Source: Erysipelotrichales bacterium (GTDB lineage Bacteria > Bacillota_I > Bacilli_A > RFN20 > CAG-826). Taken from it: a DNA stretch of 64,000 nt. The translations under genes were made by a program, and so were the position numbers. The notes beneath the pieces were generated by a model. That model ran no database searches. It had not been told where the DNA came from and saw only the letters and a list, made by a program, of their open reading frames with translations. Shown piece after piece: positions 1 through 9,266 of this stretch. Position 1 is the stretch's first letter, and each line of letters starts with the position of its first letter. Location of the stretch: positions 3,480 to 67,479 of the forward strand of contig JAFLUZ010000009.1 in the NCBI GenBank assembly GCA_022508535.1, read 5' to 3'.

Positions 1-1039
1 CTGGAGTAATCCACATACCTTTAGGATTTTTTGTGCCTTGAATTCTTTGTTTTAGCACTTCTTCAATAATCAATGCAAGATCGGCTTTTAATCTTTCATC
101 TTTTGCTTCGTTTAAGTACATATTAACGGAAACGAAAGGAGTTTGTCCGTTCGCAGTTTGTAATGTGTTAATTTGATATTGAATTGTTTGAACACCATGC
201 TTGATTTCATTCTTAAGTCTTTTTGTGACAATATCTTCCACCATCGCGTGGTACTTATTTTCATCAAAATTTATATCGTTACGATAGTCTTTTAATTCGT
301 CTAAAACATCTTCACGAATCTTTTGTCTTGATACTTCAACAAAAGGCGCCAAATGAGTAAGAGTAATAGTTTGTCCACCATATTGAGAAGATGCCACTTG
401 AGCAATAATTTGTGTAGCAATATTACAAGCAGTATGGAATGAATGAGGCTTTTCAATCATCGTTCCAGAAATTACTGTTCCGTTTTGTAACATATCTTCT
501 AAATTAACTAGATCACAGTTATGAATATGTTGGGCAAAGTAATCTGTATCATGGAAGTGAATAACACCTTGTTTATGTGCTTCTACAATATCTCCAGCTA
601 GTAAAAAACGTTTAGTAATATCTTTAGACACTTCACCAGCCATATAATCTCTTTGAGTTGAAGCAATGACTGGATTTTTATTAGAGTTTTCTTGTTTTAC
701 TTCTTCGTTATTATTTTCAATAAGAGCAAGAATACTTTCATCTGTCGTATTAGCCTTTCTTACTAAGTTTCTTTTATATCTATAAGTAATATAGGCACGT
801 GCAACTGCAAAATTACCAGAAGCCATTAAAGCATTTTCAACCATGTCTTGAATCTCTTCGACGCTTAAAGCACGACGAGATTTTTTACATTTAGCGCTAA
901 CGTTAGCTACGATTTCTTCAATTTGTACATCTGTTAATCTACTATTCTCTTTAACTGTCCCATTAGCCTTAATTATGGCAGCTTGGATTTTATCCAAATT
1001 GAATTTTACCTCTTGTCCTCCGCGCTTAATTACTTTCAT
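1..1039 (-). CDS. nrdD: Anaerobic ribonucleoside-triphosphate reductase (class III RNR), N-terminal part. The gene continues past the window start.
   Basis: Reverse-strand translation from the ATG at 1037-1039 reads MKVIKRGGQEVKFNLDKIQAAI (ATP-cone), then ...HFHDTDYFAQH...SQYGGQTITLTHLAP..., which is typical of NrdD. There is no stop codon before position 1, so the ORF track does not list it. Confidence 0.7.
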   Translation of the reverse strand, partial: MKVIKRGGQEVKFNLDKIQAAIIKANGTVKENSRLTDVQIEEIVANVSAKCKKSRRALSVEEIQDMVENALMASGNFAVARAYITYRYKRNLVRKANTTDESILALIENNNEEVKQENSNKNPVIASTQRDYMAGEVSKDITKRFLLAGDIVEAHKQGVIHFHDTDYFAQHIHNCDLVNLEDMLQNGTVISGTMIEKPHSFHTACNIATQIIAQVASSQYGGQTITLTHLAPFVEVSRQKIREDVLDELKDYRNDINFDENKYHAMVEDIVTKRLKNEIKHGVQTIQYQINTLQTANGQTPFVSVNMYLNEAKDERLKADLALIIEEVLKQRIQGTKNPKGMWITP

Positions 1040-1261
1040 AAAAACATCTCCTCAACACCAACATTATGTTCACGAATTTTAAAGTAATTAAAATTATATA
1101 TTAAGTAAAAAAACTTTCAAGATAGGCAAAATAAAAGCACACGGATTTTGCAGTTTTCAAAACAATGATTTTGAGTTTTTAATATAACATTATATTAAGC
1201 ATTTTCTTTATAGATATTTAAAAAGTACACTCATAATCACACAAAATCAAATTGTTGTAAA

Positions 1262-1304
1262 CTTTTTTTTATTGGTAAAAAAAGGCAGCGAAATTCGCCG
1301 CCTT
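1262..1304 (-). terminator. Intrinsic terminator after the lipoprotein gene
   Basis: AAGGCGGCG-aattt-CGCTGCCTT followed by a U-run on the minus strand. Confidence 0.5.
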
Positions 1305-1339
1305 AAATAGTTCAAATTACTGATAATTAGTTTTTTATA

Positions 1340-3295
1340 TTAATAATATCCAAGTGTAATACCCATTCCGAAGAAATATACTTGGAGATAATCGCCTTCA
1401 AATAATCCCATATTAACATTTGGTGGATAGAATGGTATTTTTTCTCCATTGCTAACATCTGTATACAAACCCTTATGATCTGTGAATGCATATCCTTTTG
1501 TGCCACAACCTTGAAGTATAACGTTTGCAGCAGAATTTGCTGAAACTCTATCCATAAATCCTCTAAATTCTGCGTCGGTTTCTCCAAAATCAAATGCAGG
1601 GTTATTATCAAATTGAATGCTTCCTTTAATGTTCAATACTCCTTCAGGCATTGCATCCATACTTCCATCTTTATTTACGCAAATAAGATTGATTAATTTG
1701 ATTGGCTCTCCAGCATCATCAACAATAGTAGGATCTGTTTGTAAGATTGTTCTATTAGTGTTGACTCCATACATTTGTCCAAGTGCTGCAAGATTAGGAT
1801 CTCTAAAGATAGTGTCTAATTGTTTAATTTGTTGTGCTGCTGCTACTGCACCAAATGATGAGAACCATCCTTCAGTACCTGCGACCAAACTTTCTAATTT
1901 ACAATTTTCAAATTTTGTACTTGGAACACTTTCGCTAGACTTACCAATATTGGTGTGATCTTGTAATACAACTGGACCACCTGCTCCAATCATTTCAGAA
2001 TTCTTGCCAACTAAGTTTCCGCCCCAGCTATATATAAAGCTATTGTAGTTATCGTAAGATTTACAATAATTAACAACATAATCACTATGTGCATTTTGTG
2101 TGAAGTATGTAATAAACCACGCTCTTGTAATTACATTTTCAGCCAATGCTTTCATGTCATGAGTTTTGTTAAATATTAAGCCCCCGCCCAAATCGGTATC
2201 TTCTTTTCTTTGAGCGTTTCCAAAAATATTAATATCTCTATAAGTAAATTGCTTATCATATGCTCCATTTTTTGGTTCTGCTCTGAATGCTACTGCGTGT
2301 GATATTACTAAACGTGTTTCATCTTCTTCATGATCTCTTTCCCTTTTAACTAATGGGAAACCAGTAAAGTTCAAAGTGAAGTAATTACCATATAAAGCAA
2401 AGTCTTCATCTGATGTGTCAAATTGACGTAAATACAATTCTGCATAGTCACGAAGTGAGCCTACAACGCCTTCTCCTTTAGGTAAATCCTCGTCACCTTC
2501 ATTGTAGAAGAAAACTGAAGGAACATCATTTTCTGTGACTTTTATATCATTATGTAAAACAATAGAATTTGGTTTATAATCTGGATCCAAACCATTTTCT
2601 TCTTTAAATGCTTTCCATGCTTTGCCTTGATCATTTGTTCTATTATCATAATAGCCTAATTCTTTTGGTGCATAAGCATTAAAGCCATCTACAACTTTAA
2701 CAACAATATCTGCGTAATAATCTTCATCGCCTTTTTGGCTATTTGATAATCCTTCTGGAGCAACTACAATTTTGAAAGTTTCTCCTACTGCTTCTTCTTT
2801 AAAATCAATATCACAATTTTTATTGTCAATTGATTCGACATATCTAGCAAGATCATTTTCTCCTAAAGCAACAAATGCATCGCTATCATTTTTCTTTAAA
2901 ATCTCAATTTCATATGACCATTCACTTGGAATAGCAGGCATTAGATTTTCATCTAGAAAATCCACTCTAGGCTTTACATTAAATTTGTTGTCATCACCAA
3001 CAGTGTATTCTCTTGTTCTGTCATAAAATTCTGTTTGTTTGTTTGTTTTTTCTTGTCTGTTTGTTTTAAATGTTTCAAAAGATTGTTTTTCTGATACACG
3101 CACTACAATATAAGAATGTAATGGAGCATCACTTCCTGTAGAATTTGATTGTGAATTAGAAGTAGGTGTTGATACCGATGATGGTACAGATGGTTGATTG
3201 ACGCTTTCAGATGTTGAAGTTTCGTCTCCACAACCGGTTAGTCCAAAGACTGTCCCTACCATTGCTAATCCTAATAAAAAGTTTCTTCTCTTCAT
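1340..3295 (-). CDS. Large secreted lipoprotein of unknown function (651 aa)
   Basis: The N-terminus MKRRNFLLGLAMVGTVFGLTGCGDE has a signal peptide and lipobox Cys, followed by a Ser/Thr-rich linker. An AGGAGG RBS sits at 3303-3308. It is the last gene of the ABC-like operon. Confidence 0.6.
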   Translation of the reverse strand: MKRRNFLLGLAMVGTVFGLTGCGDETSTSESVNQPSVPSSVSTPTSNSQSNSTGSDAPLHSYIVVRVSEKQSFETFKTNRQEKTNKQTEFYDRTREYTVGDDNKFNVKPRVDFLDENLMPAIPSEWSYEIEILKKNDSDAFVALGENDLARYVESIDNKNCDIDFKEEAVGETFKIVVAPEGLSNSQKGDEDYYADIVVKVVDGFNAYAPKELGYYDNRTNDQGKAWKAFKEENGLDPDYKPNSIVLHNDIKVTENDVPSVFFYNEGDEDLPKGEGVVGSLRDYAELYLRQFDTSDEDFALYGNYFTLNFTGFPLVKRERDHEEDETRLVISHAVAFRAEPKNGAYDKQFTYRDINIFGNAQRKEDTDLGGGLIFNKTHDMKALAENVITRAWFITYFTQNAHSDYVVNYCKSYDNYNSFIYSWGGNLVGKNSEMIGAGGPVVLQDHTNIGKSSESVPSTKFENCKLESLVAGTEGWFSSFGAVAAAQQIKQLDTIFRDPNLAALGQMYGVNTNRTILQTDPTIVDDAGEPIKLINLICVNKDGSMDAMPEGVLNIKGSIQFDNNPAFDFGETDAEFRGFMDRVSANSAANVILQGCGTKGYAFTDHKGLYTDVSNGEKIPFYPPNVNMGLFEGDYLQVYFFGMGITLGYY

Positions 3296-3396
3296 AAAAT
3301 TAACCTCCTAAATTTATTTTGCTGTTATATTATTTATAATATAACTTTTTGTTTTACTAAATTGTTTAGTAAAAGCATAGCGTATTTTAGCACATA

Positions 3397-3440
3397 TGAA
3401 AAAAAATGTCATCTTTTTTTATTTTGGGATGACATATATT
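3397..3440 (-). terminator. Hairpin plus U-run after the 3443-3904 gene (partial terminator or attenuator inside the operon)
   Basis: ATGTCATC...GATGACAT 8-bp stem followed by TTTTTTTT on the minus strand. Confidence 0.4.
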
Positions 3441-3442
3441 CT

Positions 3443-3904
3443 TTATTGTCGTGGTGATGACAATAGTTTTAACACCTTTCTTAAGTTGGTGCCATCAGTA
3501 GATTGTATCGTTACATAGACCATTTTTAATTCTTCATGAAATGTTATTGAAGCATTATTATTTTCATATGAACATTCTACATTTTTTGGAGCATTAAAAT
3601 AAAATTCTACCGATGCATTAGTTGCATTTTGTGGTATAACTTCACATTTTATTCCAATAGTGGTGCTATCACCAGAGAATGGAACTATATAATAATCGTC
3701 ACATCCTTGCTCAAGCTTTGCTTCTGGAGTAAGTTCAATACGTCTAACACCCTCACCTTGTATAGTGTAACTAATATCTTCAACGTAGATTGTAGGATTA
3801 TACACTTGCATTTTCCCACCAAAGAACCCGACGATAACAATAGATACAATATAGACAATACCAATAATTAAAATTACAGATTTCTTCATATTGCTATCCC
3901 CCAC
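3443..3904 (-). CDS. Small membrane-anchored extracytoplasmic protein (153 aa)
   Basis: It has an N-terminal TM helix (SVILIIGIVYIVSIVIVGFFGG) and its start overlaps the upstream permease gene by 1 bp, so it is translationally coupled. Confidence 0.45.
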   Translation of the reverse strand: MGDSNMKKSVILIIGIVYIVSIVIVGFFGGKMQVYNPTIYVEDISYTIQGEGVRRIELTPEAKLEQGCDDYYIVPFSGDSTTIGIKCEVIPQNATNASVEFYFNAPKNVECSYENNNASITFHEELKMVYVTIQSTDGTNLRKVLKLLSSPRQ

Positions 3905-6096
3905 TACTTCTCATAATAATAGGCTTTTATTCTTAGTGCAAATGAACCATATGCAAAAAGTAATAATGCCAAACCAATAATTGCTAATTTAAGTGATGCC
4001 TGGATGAATGATCCTGTTCTATTTAAAGATTCTGTAAATAGAAAATACGATATCAAGGCAATTGCAATCGACATTCCAAAAGCAAGGAGTGTTGAATTTC
4101 TTTCATTTGGATTATCAATAGAATCACCAACTGTAGCATATTGCTCATTTTGTGGATTCATAATATCCATAGTTGCACTAAAGAAGATGTGCGCGTATTG
4201 AATAAATAAAACTGCCACAGAAAGTAAAATTACATTACCTATTTCAATCCCACTAAACCTGCCAAATATTGCCAATGTTATAATAATGCTTGGTATAGAT
4301 AATACTAAGTTAAATAATAACTTTGCAACTAATGGATATATTGGATTAACTGGTTTAGTCTTTTTGATGTAACCAGCACGTCCTTCTTTACTATAAAAAG
4401 TTGCAATCATACTATTACTTGCTAATAAAGGAAGTAAAATTAATAACATATTGAATGCATATGTCATAATATCGCCACTTAATTTCGTGTTCATTGCAGC
4501 AAATATACTATTTAAGAGCAAAATTAGAATTGGAACAATAATATATACGGCCAAATAATTGCCAGAAATTTCTACTGATCTAAAGTTAATTTGAAAATCT
4601 TTATTAACAAATGTAATAAATGGTTTTCGAACTTTATTTTTCTTTTCGCGATCAATAATATTCTTATCAAACTCAAATGATTTAGTCATCATTGAGAAGA
4701 ATAAAGGTTTGGCGGTAATATAGGATATACCAATAAGTGCGCCTACTAATGCAATAACAGCTAGTAAAGAAAGCACTGTATAAAGGTTAATTTGATGTCT
4801 TATTGCCATATTAACTGGATTTCCTACCATTGCATATACAAGATATGCTAGTGGTGATAAATAAGCTTTAAATCCTGTTAAGAAATTATTAATAAAACTT
4901 CTAATGTATGGCCATTGTAATGCTAAATTAATATTTTCTGGTATCAAATTAATAATGAAAACAACTAGTGCAATTCCACATACGATGGCGATTAATATCA
5001 CGATTGTTTCAATTACAGGGAATTTTTTAAAGAATCTACTTATATACATTAATGGTATTGAAATAAGTGAGCCAATTAAAACAGGCAATAATGTAATTAA
5101 GATAAATGGTATCCATAACCAAATAAACACAACCCAAGAAACTTGACTATGTTGGAATCCCGAATAAACAAACGCCAAAATAATCGGTAGTAAGAAATTG
5201 ATATTTTTTTTCATTTCAAAAACGAAAAACACGATTAATTTAGAAAAGAACAATTGATCCGAAGTGACTGGTAATGTAACCAAAACTTTATTGTCATCAG
5301 AAAAATACAAATTTTTCATCAATCCAGCTGCACAAGAAATAATTGATAAAACAAACAATACACCTACAACCACAATCATTACATCAATTATTTCTGAGTG
5401 ATAAAACAAATTTAATAAACCACGAGAATAGTGAATTATTAGATATGCAACAACAGTTACAAGCACAAATTTTAACAAACTTAACGCAACCTTTATGATT
5501 CTTTCTTTAGTATTTTTAGTCCAAGAAAAATCTAGTTTATCTCTTAATTGCATTAACACTAAAGCTGTAAATGGTTTCTTTATTTTTCTACCTTTTACCA
5601 CTTTGACAGTTGTTTTGTTTTTTTCTATTTTCTTTATTTTATCCTGATGAATATTTTTAAAAGAATCAATCAAATACAAAATCGATGTAGCAATATAACT
5701 AACTAACGATATAAGAGTCAAAATCACTAATGCTATCTCTTTACTTTTCCATATTCCAATCGAATTCGCGCGAATAGCAACAAATATCATAAATGGCATA
5801 ATAAGAATTGTTATAGGCGCAAGCAAATTTTGCATCTTTATTGACTCTTTTTTTAGTAAGCGAGATAAGTAATAACCAAATGTCACAATTACTAACACCA
5901 TAGTAGCAATAACAATCAAAGTTTTAAAATCAAATGCTCTTTCGAATAAAAAACGATATGGGTAAGAGATACCTCTTCCTACATAGTAGAAGAAATCTTT
6001 ACCTAATAGTGTCATTCCAAATAAAACTAGTAAGAGAAAAGATAGTATGTTCAATACCATGTAGATTACAGATTTTGTTTTTAAATTGAATCTCAT
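3904..6096 (-). CDS. Polytopic integral membrane protein (730 aa), a candidate permease partner of the upstream ABC ATPase fusion
   Basis: Many hydrophobic helices run throughout the protein. It sits 36 bp downstream of the ABC ATPase gene in the same orientation. Confidence 0.5.
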   Translation of the reverse strand: MRFNLKTKSVIYMVLNILSFLLLVLFGMTLLGKDFFYYVGRGISYPYRFLFERAFDFKTLIVIATMVLVIVTFGYYLSRLLKKESIKMQNLLAPITILIMPFMIFVAIRANSIGIWKSKEIALVILTLISLVSYIATSILYLIDSFKNIHQDKIKKIEKNKTTVKVVKGRKIKKPFTALVLMQLRDKLDFSWTKNTKERIIKVALSLLKFVLVTVVAYLIIHYSRGLLNLFYHSEIIDVMIVVVGVLFVLSIISCAAGLMKNLYFSDDNKVLVTLPVTSDQLFFSKLIVFFVFEMKKNINFLLPIILAFVYSGFQHSQVSWVVFIWLWIPFILITLLPVLIGSLISIPLMYISRFFKKFPVIETIVILIAIVCGIALVVFIINLIPENINLALQWPYIRSFINNFLTGFKAYLSPLAYLVYAMVGNPVNMAIRHQINLYTVLSLLAVIALVGALIGISYITAKPLFFSMMTKSFEFDKNIIDREKKNKVRKPFITFVNKDFQINFRSVEISGNYLAVYIIVPILILLLNSIFAAMNTKLSGDIMTYAFNMLLILLPLLASNSMIATFYSKEGRAGYIKKTKPVNPIYPLVAKLLFNLVLSIPSIIITLAIFGRFSGIEIGNVILLSVAVLFIQYAHIFFSATMDIMNPQNEQYATVGDSIDNPNERNSTLLAFGMSIAIALISYFLFTESLNRTGSFIQASLKLAIIGLALLLFAYGSFALRIKAYYYEK

Positions 6097-6132
6097 AAAA
6101 TATACCTCCTATCTTTCAATAATTACTATAGA

Positions 6133-8346
6133 TTACATTTCCTCTGGGTTTTCACCAATCGTATCAAGATAGAATTGCTCTAATGTCACACCACTATCTT
6201 CGATTTCTTTAACGGTTTTTACACATTGGATTTCGCCTTTTTTAATAATGGCAATACGGTCACACAATTTTTCTACAATATCAATAATATGGGAAGAGAA
6301 GAAAACAATATTGCCTTCTTCGGCATGTTGTTTCATACATTTTTTAACTTGATAGATACTTGTTGGATCTAACCCAGTTAAAGGTTCATCAAGAATCCAT
6401 ACTTTTGGATTATGGACTAATGCAGCCATAATAGTAATTTTTTGTTTCATACCATGCGAATAGGTTTTAATTTTGTTGTCGATAGAGTGCTCTAACTGGA
6501 ATAGTTCAATATATTTTGCAAGTCGTGCATCACGATCGTCTTTGCTGACTTGATAAATATCTGCAATATAGTTTAAATATTCTCTACCACTTAATTTTTC
6601 ATATAAAGCATAATGGTCTGGTACATATCCGATTAAGCGCTTTGCTTGCACAGGCTGCTTTGCAACATCATAACCACATATGTCGATATTTCCTTCACTT
6701 ATTGGTTGAATACCAACAGTACTTTTGATAATTGTGGATTTACCTGCACCATTTGGTCCTAAGAAGCCGAATATTTCTCCACCGACAACTGCAAAGTTTG
6801 CATCATGAACAGAGTAATGCTTATTTGAGGCATACTTCTTAGAAAAATGAATTAACTCATATCTTATTCCTGCATCTTTTATCATAGGTTCTTCAATACT
6901 CCTTCCATTTAATGTTGACTCTAAAGCCAGTTGATCAACTTTTATTTTCTTTAATCTTTCAATTAATTTATTATGTGAATCTGCAATGTTGTAACATAGT
7001 TCATAAATAAACCAAACGGCAACTCCAATTAATACATACACTATATAGAATAAAAATTGATATAGTGGATGGAATTCTAATTCCAATCCAGCAATAGTAA
7101 ACTTAACCGTGCCTAACTCAAATATGTTTTCTGCCCATCGCCCTAATTTTTCAGCAATGAAAGTAGAATTTATAAAGAAATAATCCACTTCATGTCCCAT
7201 GGCAGTAAACACAACATTCATTACTAACGCTAATACGAAGTATCCAAAGAACCAAGCCATTGAATAATAAAATTGTTTAAGTTTTGGTTTTTCAAATACT
7301 CCTAACGCCACACCAAGTATTGGCATAAAGAATGCAATCGCATGGTTAAACCAGAAATGCATTATTGTTGGACTTATTGCATTAGTCCATTCGTTATAAT
7401 TAGGCATCAACATTGCAAACAAAGCGCCCGCAACATTTATGAAATAAGTAAAATAGAATAATCTTTTTGGTTTAAATATAAAGCAAATTGGCATTAAAAA
7501 CATCGCTGTATTACAAAGGTGGAATGGCCAGTTCCATGGTTGGAGTATCACATCATATTTATACGCGTACATAAAACCTGTTAAAGTGCCCAATGAAATA
7601 ATAATTAGTGAATAATCAATTATTTCACGTGGTTTATTTTTTAAAGTCGAATAAAGCACTAAAGGTATTATTACAATAAAAGCATACATAAATAATCGAT
7701 GCTCTACTGTTATATCAATTATTTTAGCCAGCGCATTAGCCTTGCCGAATAAAAACCTTGGCATAAATACCGGCATAGTCGTGATGTTTATTAAGAAAAA
7801 CATCAAGAACATTAAACCTATTTCTTTTAATGAAGACTTATCATGAAAGTCTTTGATAAAGTAATAAATAGACAACGCAAGCGCAAATCCAATTTCAAGA
7901 GGGAACATGTAAGTTAGCATAGAGGTATTTGCATGTCCTTGCATCATTGTTAATATTGGTCGAATGAAAATGATAGATAAAACGAATATCGGCATAGAAA
8001 TGAAACGAGTCATATTCTTTGCAGTCTTAAAATTAAAAAATGGTCTCAACAAAAGAATTAAAATCGCAGAAATTTCAAGCCACATTATAAGATTTGCTGT
8101 AATTCCTAAAAATGGACTCAATGGACCATTTGTGCTATGGGCATAATCCGTAAAAATTTCACCAATTTTACCACCAGATGCTTGAATGTCTTTATAGCAC
8201 ATGAATCTCACAATAAAAATCGCGATTAAAACATATGGAATTATTCTTTCAACGATAAGTTTTTCCTTTGAGGCAAATTTAAAATGCGTCAAAGCTATTA
8301 GTCCACTTATCAATAAAAACGATATTGCAAATAGCAGATAATACAT
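6133..8346 (-). CDS. Fusion protein: a roughly 480-aa polytopic membrane domain followed by a C-terminal ABC transporter ATP-binding domain
   Basis: The C-terminal domain has Walker A GPNGAGKST, signature YSHGMKQK, Walker B ILDEP and an ABC-2-like ending TLEQFYLDT. The N-terminal domain is multi-TM and carries the motif PWNWPFHLCNTAMFLMP. Confidence 0.7.
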   Translation of the reverse strand: MYYLLFAISFLLISGLIALTHFKFASKEKLIVERIIPYVLIAIFIVRFMCYKDIQASGGKIGEIFTDYAHSTNGPLSPFLGITANLIMWLEISAILILLLRPFFNFKTAKNMTRFISMPIFVLSIIFIRPILTMMQGHANTSMLTYMFPLEIGFALALSIYYFIKDFHDKSSLKEIGLMFLMFFLINITTMPVFMPRFLFGKANALAKIIDITVEHRLFMYAFIVIIPLVLYSTLKNKPREIIDYSLIIISLGTLTGFMYAYKYDVILQPWNWPFHLCNTAMFLMPICFIFKPKRLFYFTYFINVAGALFAMLMPNYNEWTNAISPTIMHFWFNHAIAFFMPILGVALGVFEKPKLKQFYYSMAWFFGYFVLALVMNVVFTAMGHEVDYFFINSTFIAEKLGRWAENIFELGTVKFTIAGLELEFHPLYQFLFYIVYVLIGVAVWFIYELCYNIADSHNKLIERLKKIKVDQLALESTLNGRSIEEPMIKDAGIRYELIHFSKKYASNKHYSVHDANFAVVGGEIFGFLGPNGAGKSTIIKSTVGIQPISEGNIDICGYDVAKQPVQAKRLIGYVPDHYALYEKLSGREYLNYIADIYQVSKDDRDARLAKYIELFQLEHSIDNKIKTYSHGMKQKITIMAALVHNPKVWILDEPLTGLDPTSIYQVKKCMKQHAEEGNIVFFSSHIIDIVEKLCDRIAIIKKGEIQCVKTVKEIEDSGVTLEQFYLDTIGENPEEM

Positions 8347-8397
8347 TTTCTACCTCCTACTAAATCTCTAGATTTAGTGTAGCCAAAAATCTAATGT

Positions 8398-8425
8398 ATT
8401 ATAGCATAAAAATATTTTTAGTCAA
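8398..8425 (-). promoter_or_regulatory. Sigma-A-type promoter of the ABC fusion operon: TTGACT-16-TATAAT
   Basis: On the minus strand the -35 TTGACT is at 8420-8425 and the -10 TATAAT at 8398-8403, with a 16-bp spacer. An 8-bp palindrome (ACTAAATC/GATTTAGT) lies at 8359-8378, between the predicted TSS and the RBS. Confidence 0.5.
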
Positions 8426-8492
8426 CATCACGTGAAGTAAGCACCATTTTCCCTATCATTTTAAGCAAAAATAAAAGATGCTTTCGCACCTT

Positions 8493-9266
8493 TTATGAAT
8501 ACATAATTTTGATAATTGCTAATACAAGTTTTCTTGGTAATATTCTTTGCAAAAATATCACTAATTTGTAAGAAAATCCTACTGCAACACGAATTGGAGG
8601 ATTCTTCCTTTTAATTACTTTTAAAATGACCTTGGATACTTTACGAGGTGAAACACCATTTAGTTCATCTTTTTCCATCTTTTTGATGGATTTTGTAGCT
8701 TTTCCTTCTTTATCATCTTTAATGACTGTTTTTCTACTTTCTGTAAAGCCTGTTTTTGTATCACCAGGTAATATCGTTGTCACTTTAATGTGACGTGATT
8801 TAAGCTCAATTGATAAGCATTCACTAAATTTATCAACTGCTGACTTACTCATTGAGTAAAAACCTTGATAAGGGATAGTTAAATCTCCTGCAACAGAGCC
8901 AACATTTATAATTTTTCCACCATCGTTAATAAGTGGAAGAAATTCTTTAGTTATTGCTATAACGCCCATAACATTAGTTTTAAATATTTTCTCAATATCT
9001 TCGTAATTGCTATCTATAATTGAGCCCGCAATTCCCATACCCGCATTATTAATTAAAATATCAATTTTGTGTTCCTTTTCTTCAATGATTTTTCTGACAT
9101 TTTCGATATTATTTAAATCTGTAACATCACATTTAAGAAAATTGAGTCCTGCAATTTGAGTGTCTCTTCTTGCAAGACCATAAACCGTAAACCCTTTACT
9201 AATTAATAATTCGGCAAGATCTTTACCAATTCCACTACTGACACCAGTAATTACAACTACTGGCAT
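8493..9266 (-). CDS. Classical short-chain dehydrogenase/reductase with a hydrophobic C-terminal tail, a candidate 3-ketodihydrosphingosine reductase
   Basis: Motifs TGVSSGIG, NNAGMG and Y-x3-K (YSMSK) are present. The C-terminal 60 aa are basic and hydrophobic (VAVGFSYKLVIFLQRILPRKLVLAIIKIMYS). The start overlaps the stop of the SPT-like gene. Confidence 0.65.
   Translation of the reverse strand: MPVVVITGVSSGIGKDLAELLISKGFTVYGLARRDTQIAGLNFLKCDVTDLNNIENVRKIIEEKEHKIDILINNAGMGIAGSIIDSNYEDIEKIFKTNVMGVIAITKEFLPLINDGGKIINVGSVAGDLTIPYQGFYSMSKSAVDKFSECLSIELKSRHIKVTTILPGDTKTGFTESRKTVIKDDKEGKATKSIKKMEKDELNGVSPRKVSKVILKVIKRKNPPIRVAVGFSYKLVIFLQRILPRKLVLAIIKIMYS

Noticed and set aside
1617-1958. 113-aa ORF on the + strand
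   Set aside because: It lies entirely antisense within the 651-aa lipoprotein gene, has no RBS and has a low-complexity translation. It is a spurious antisense ORF.
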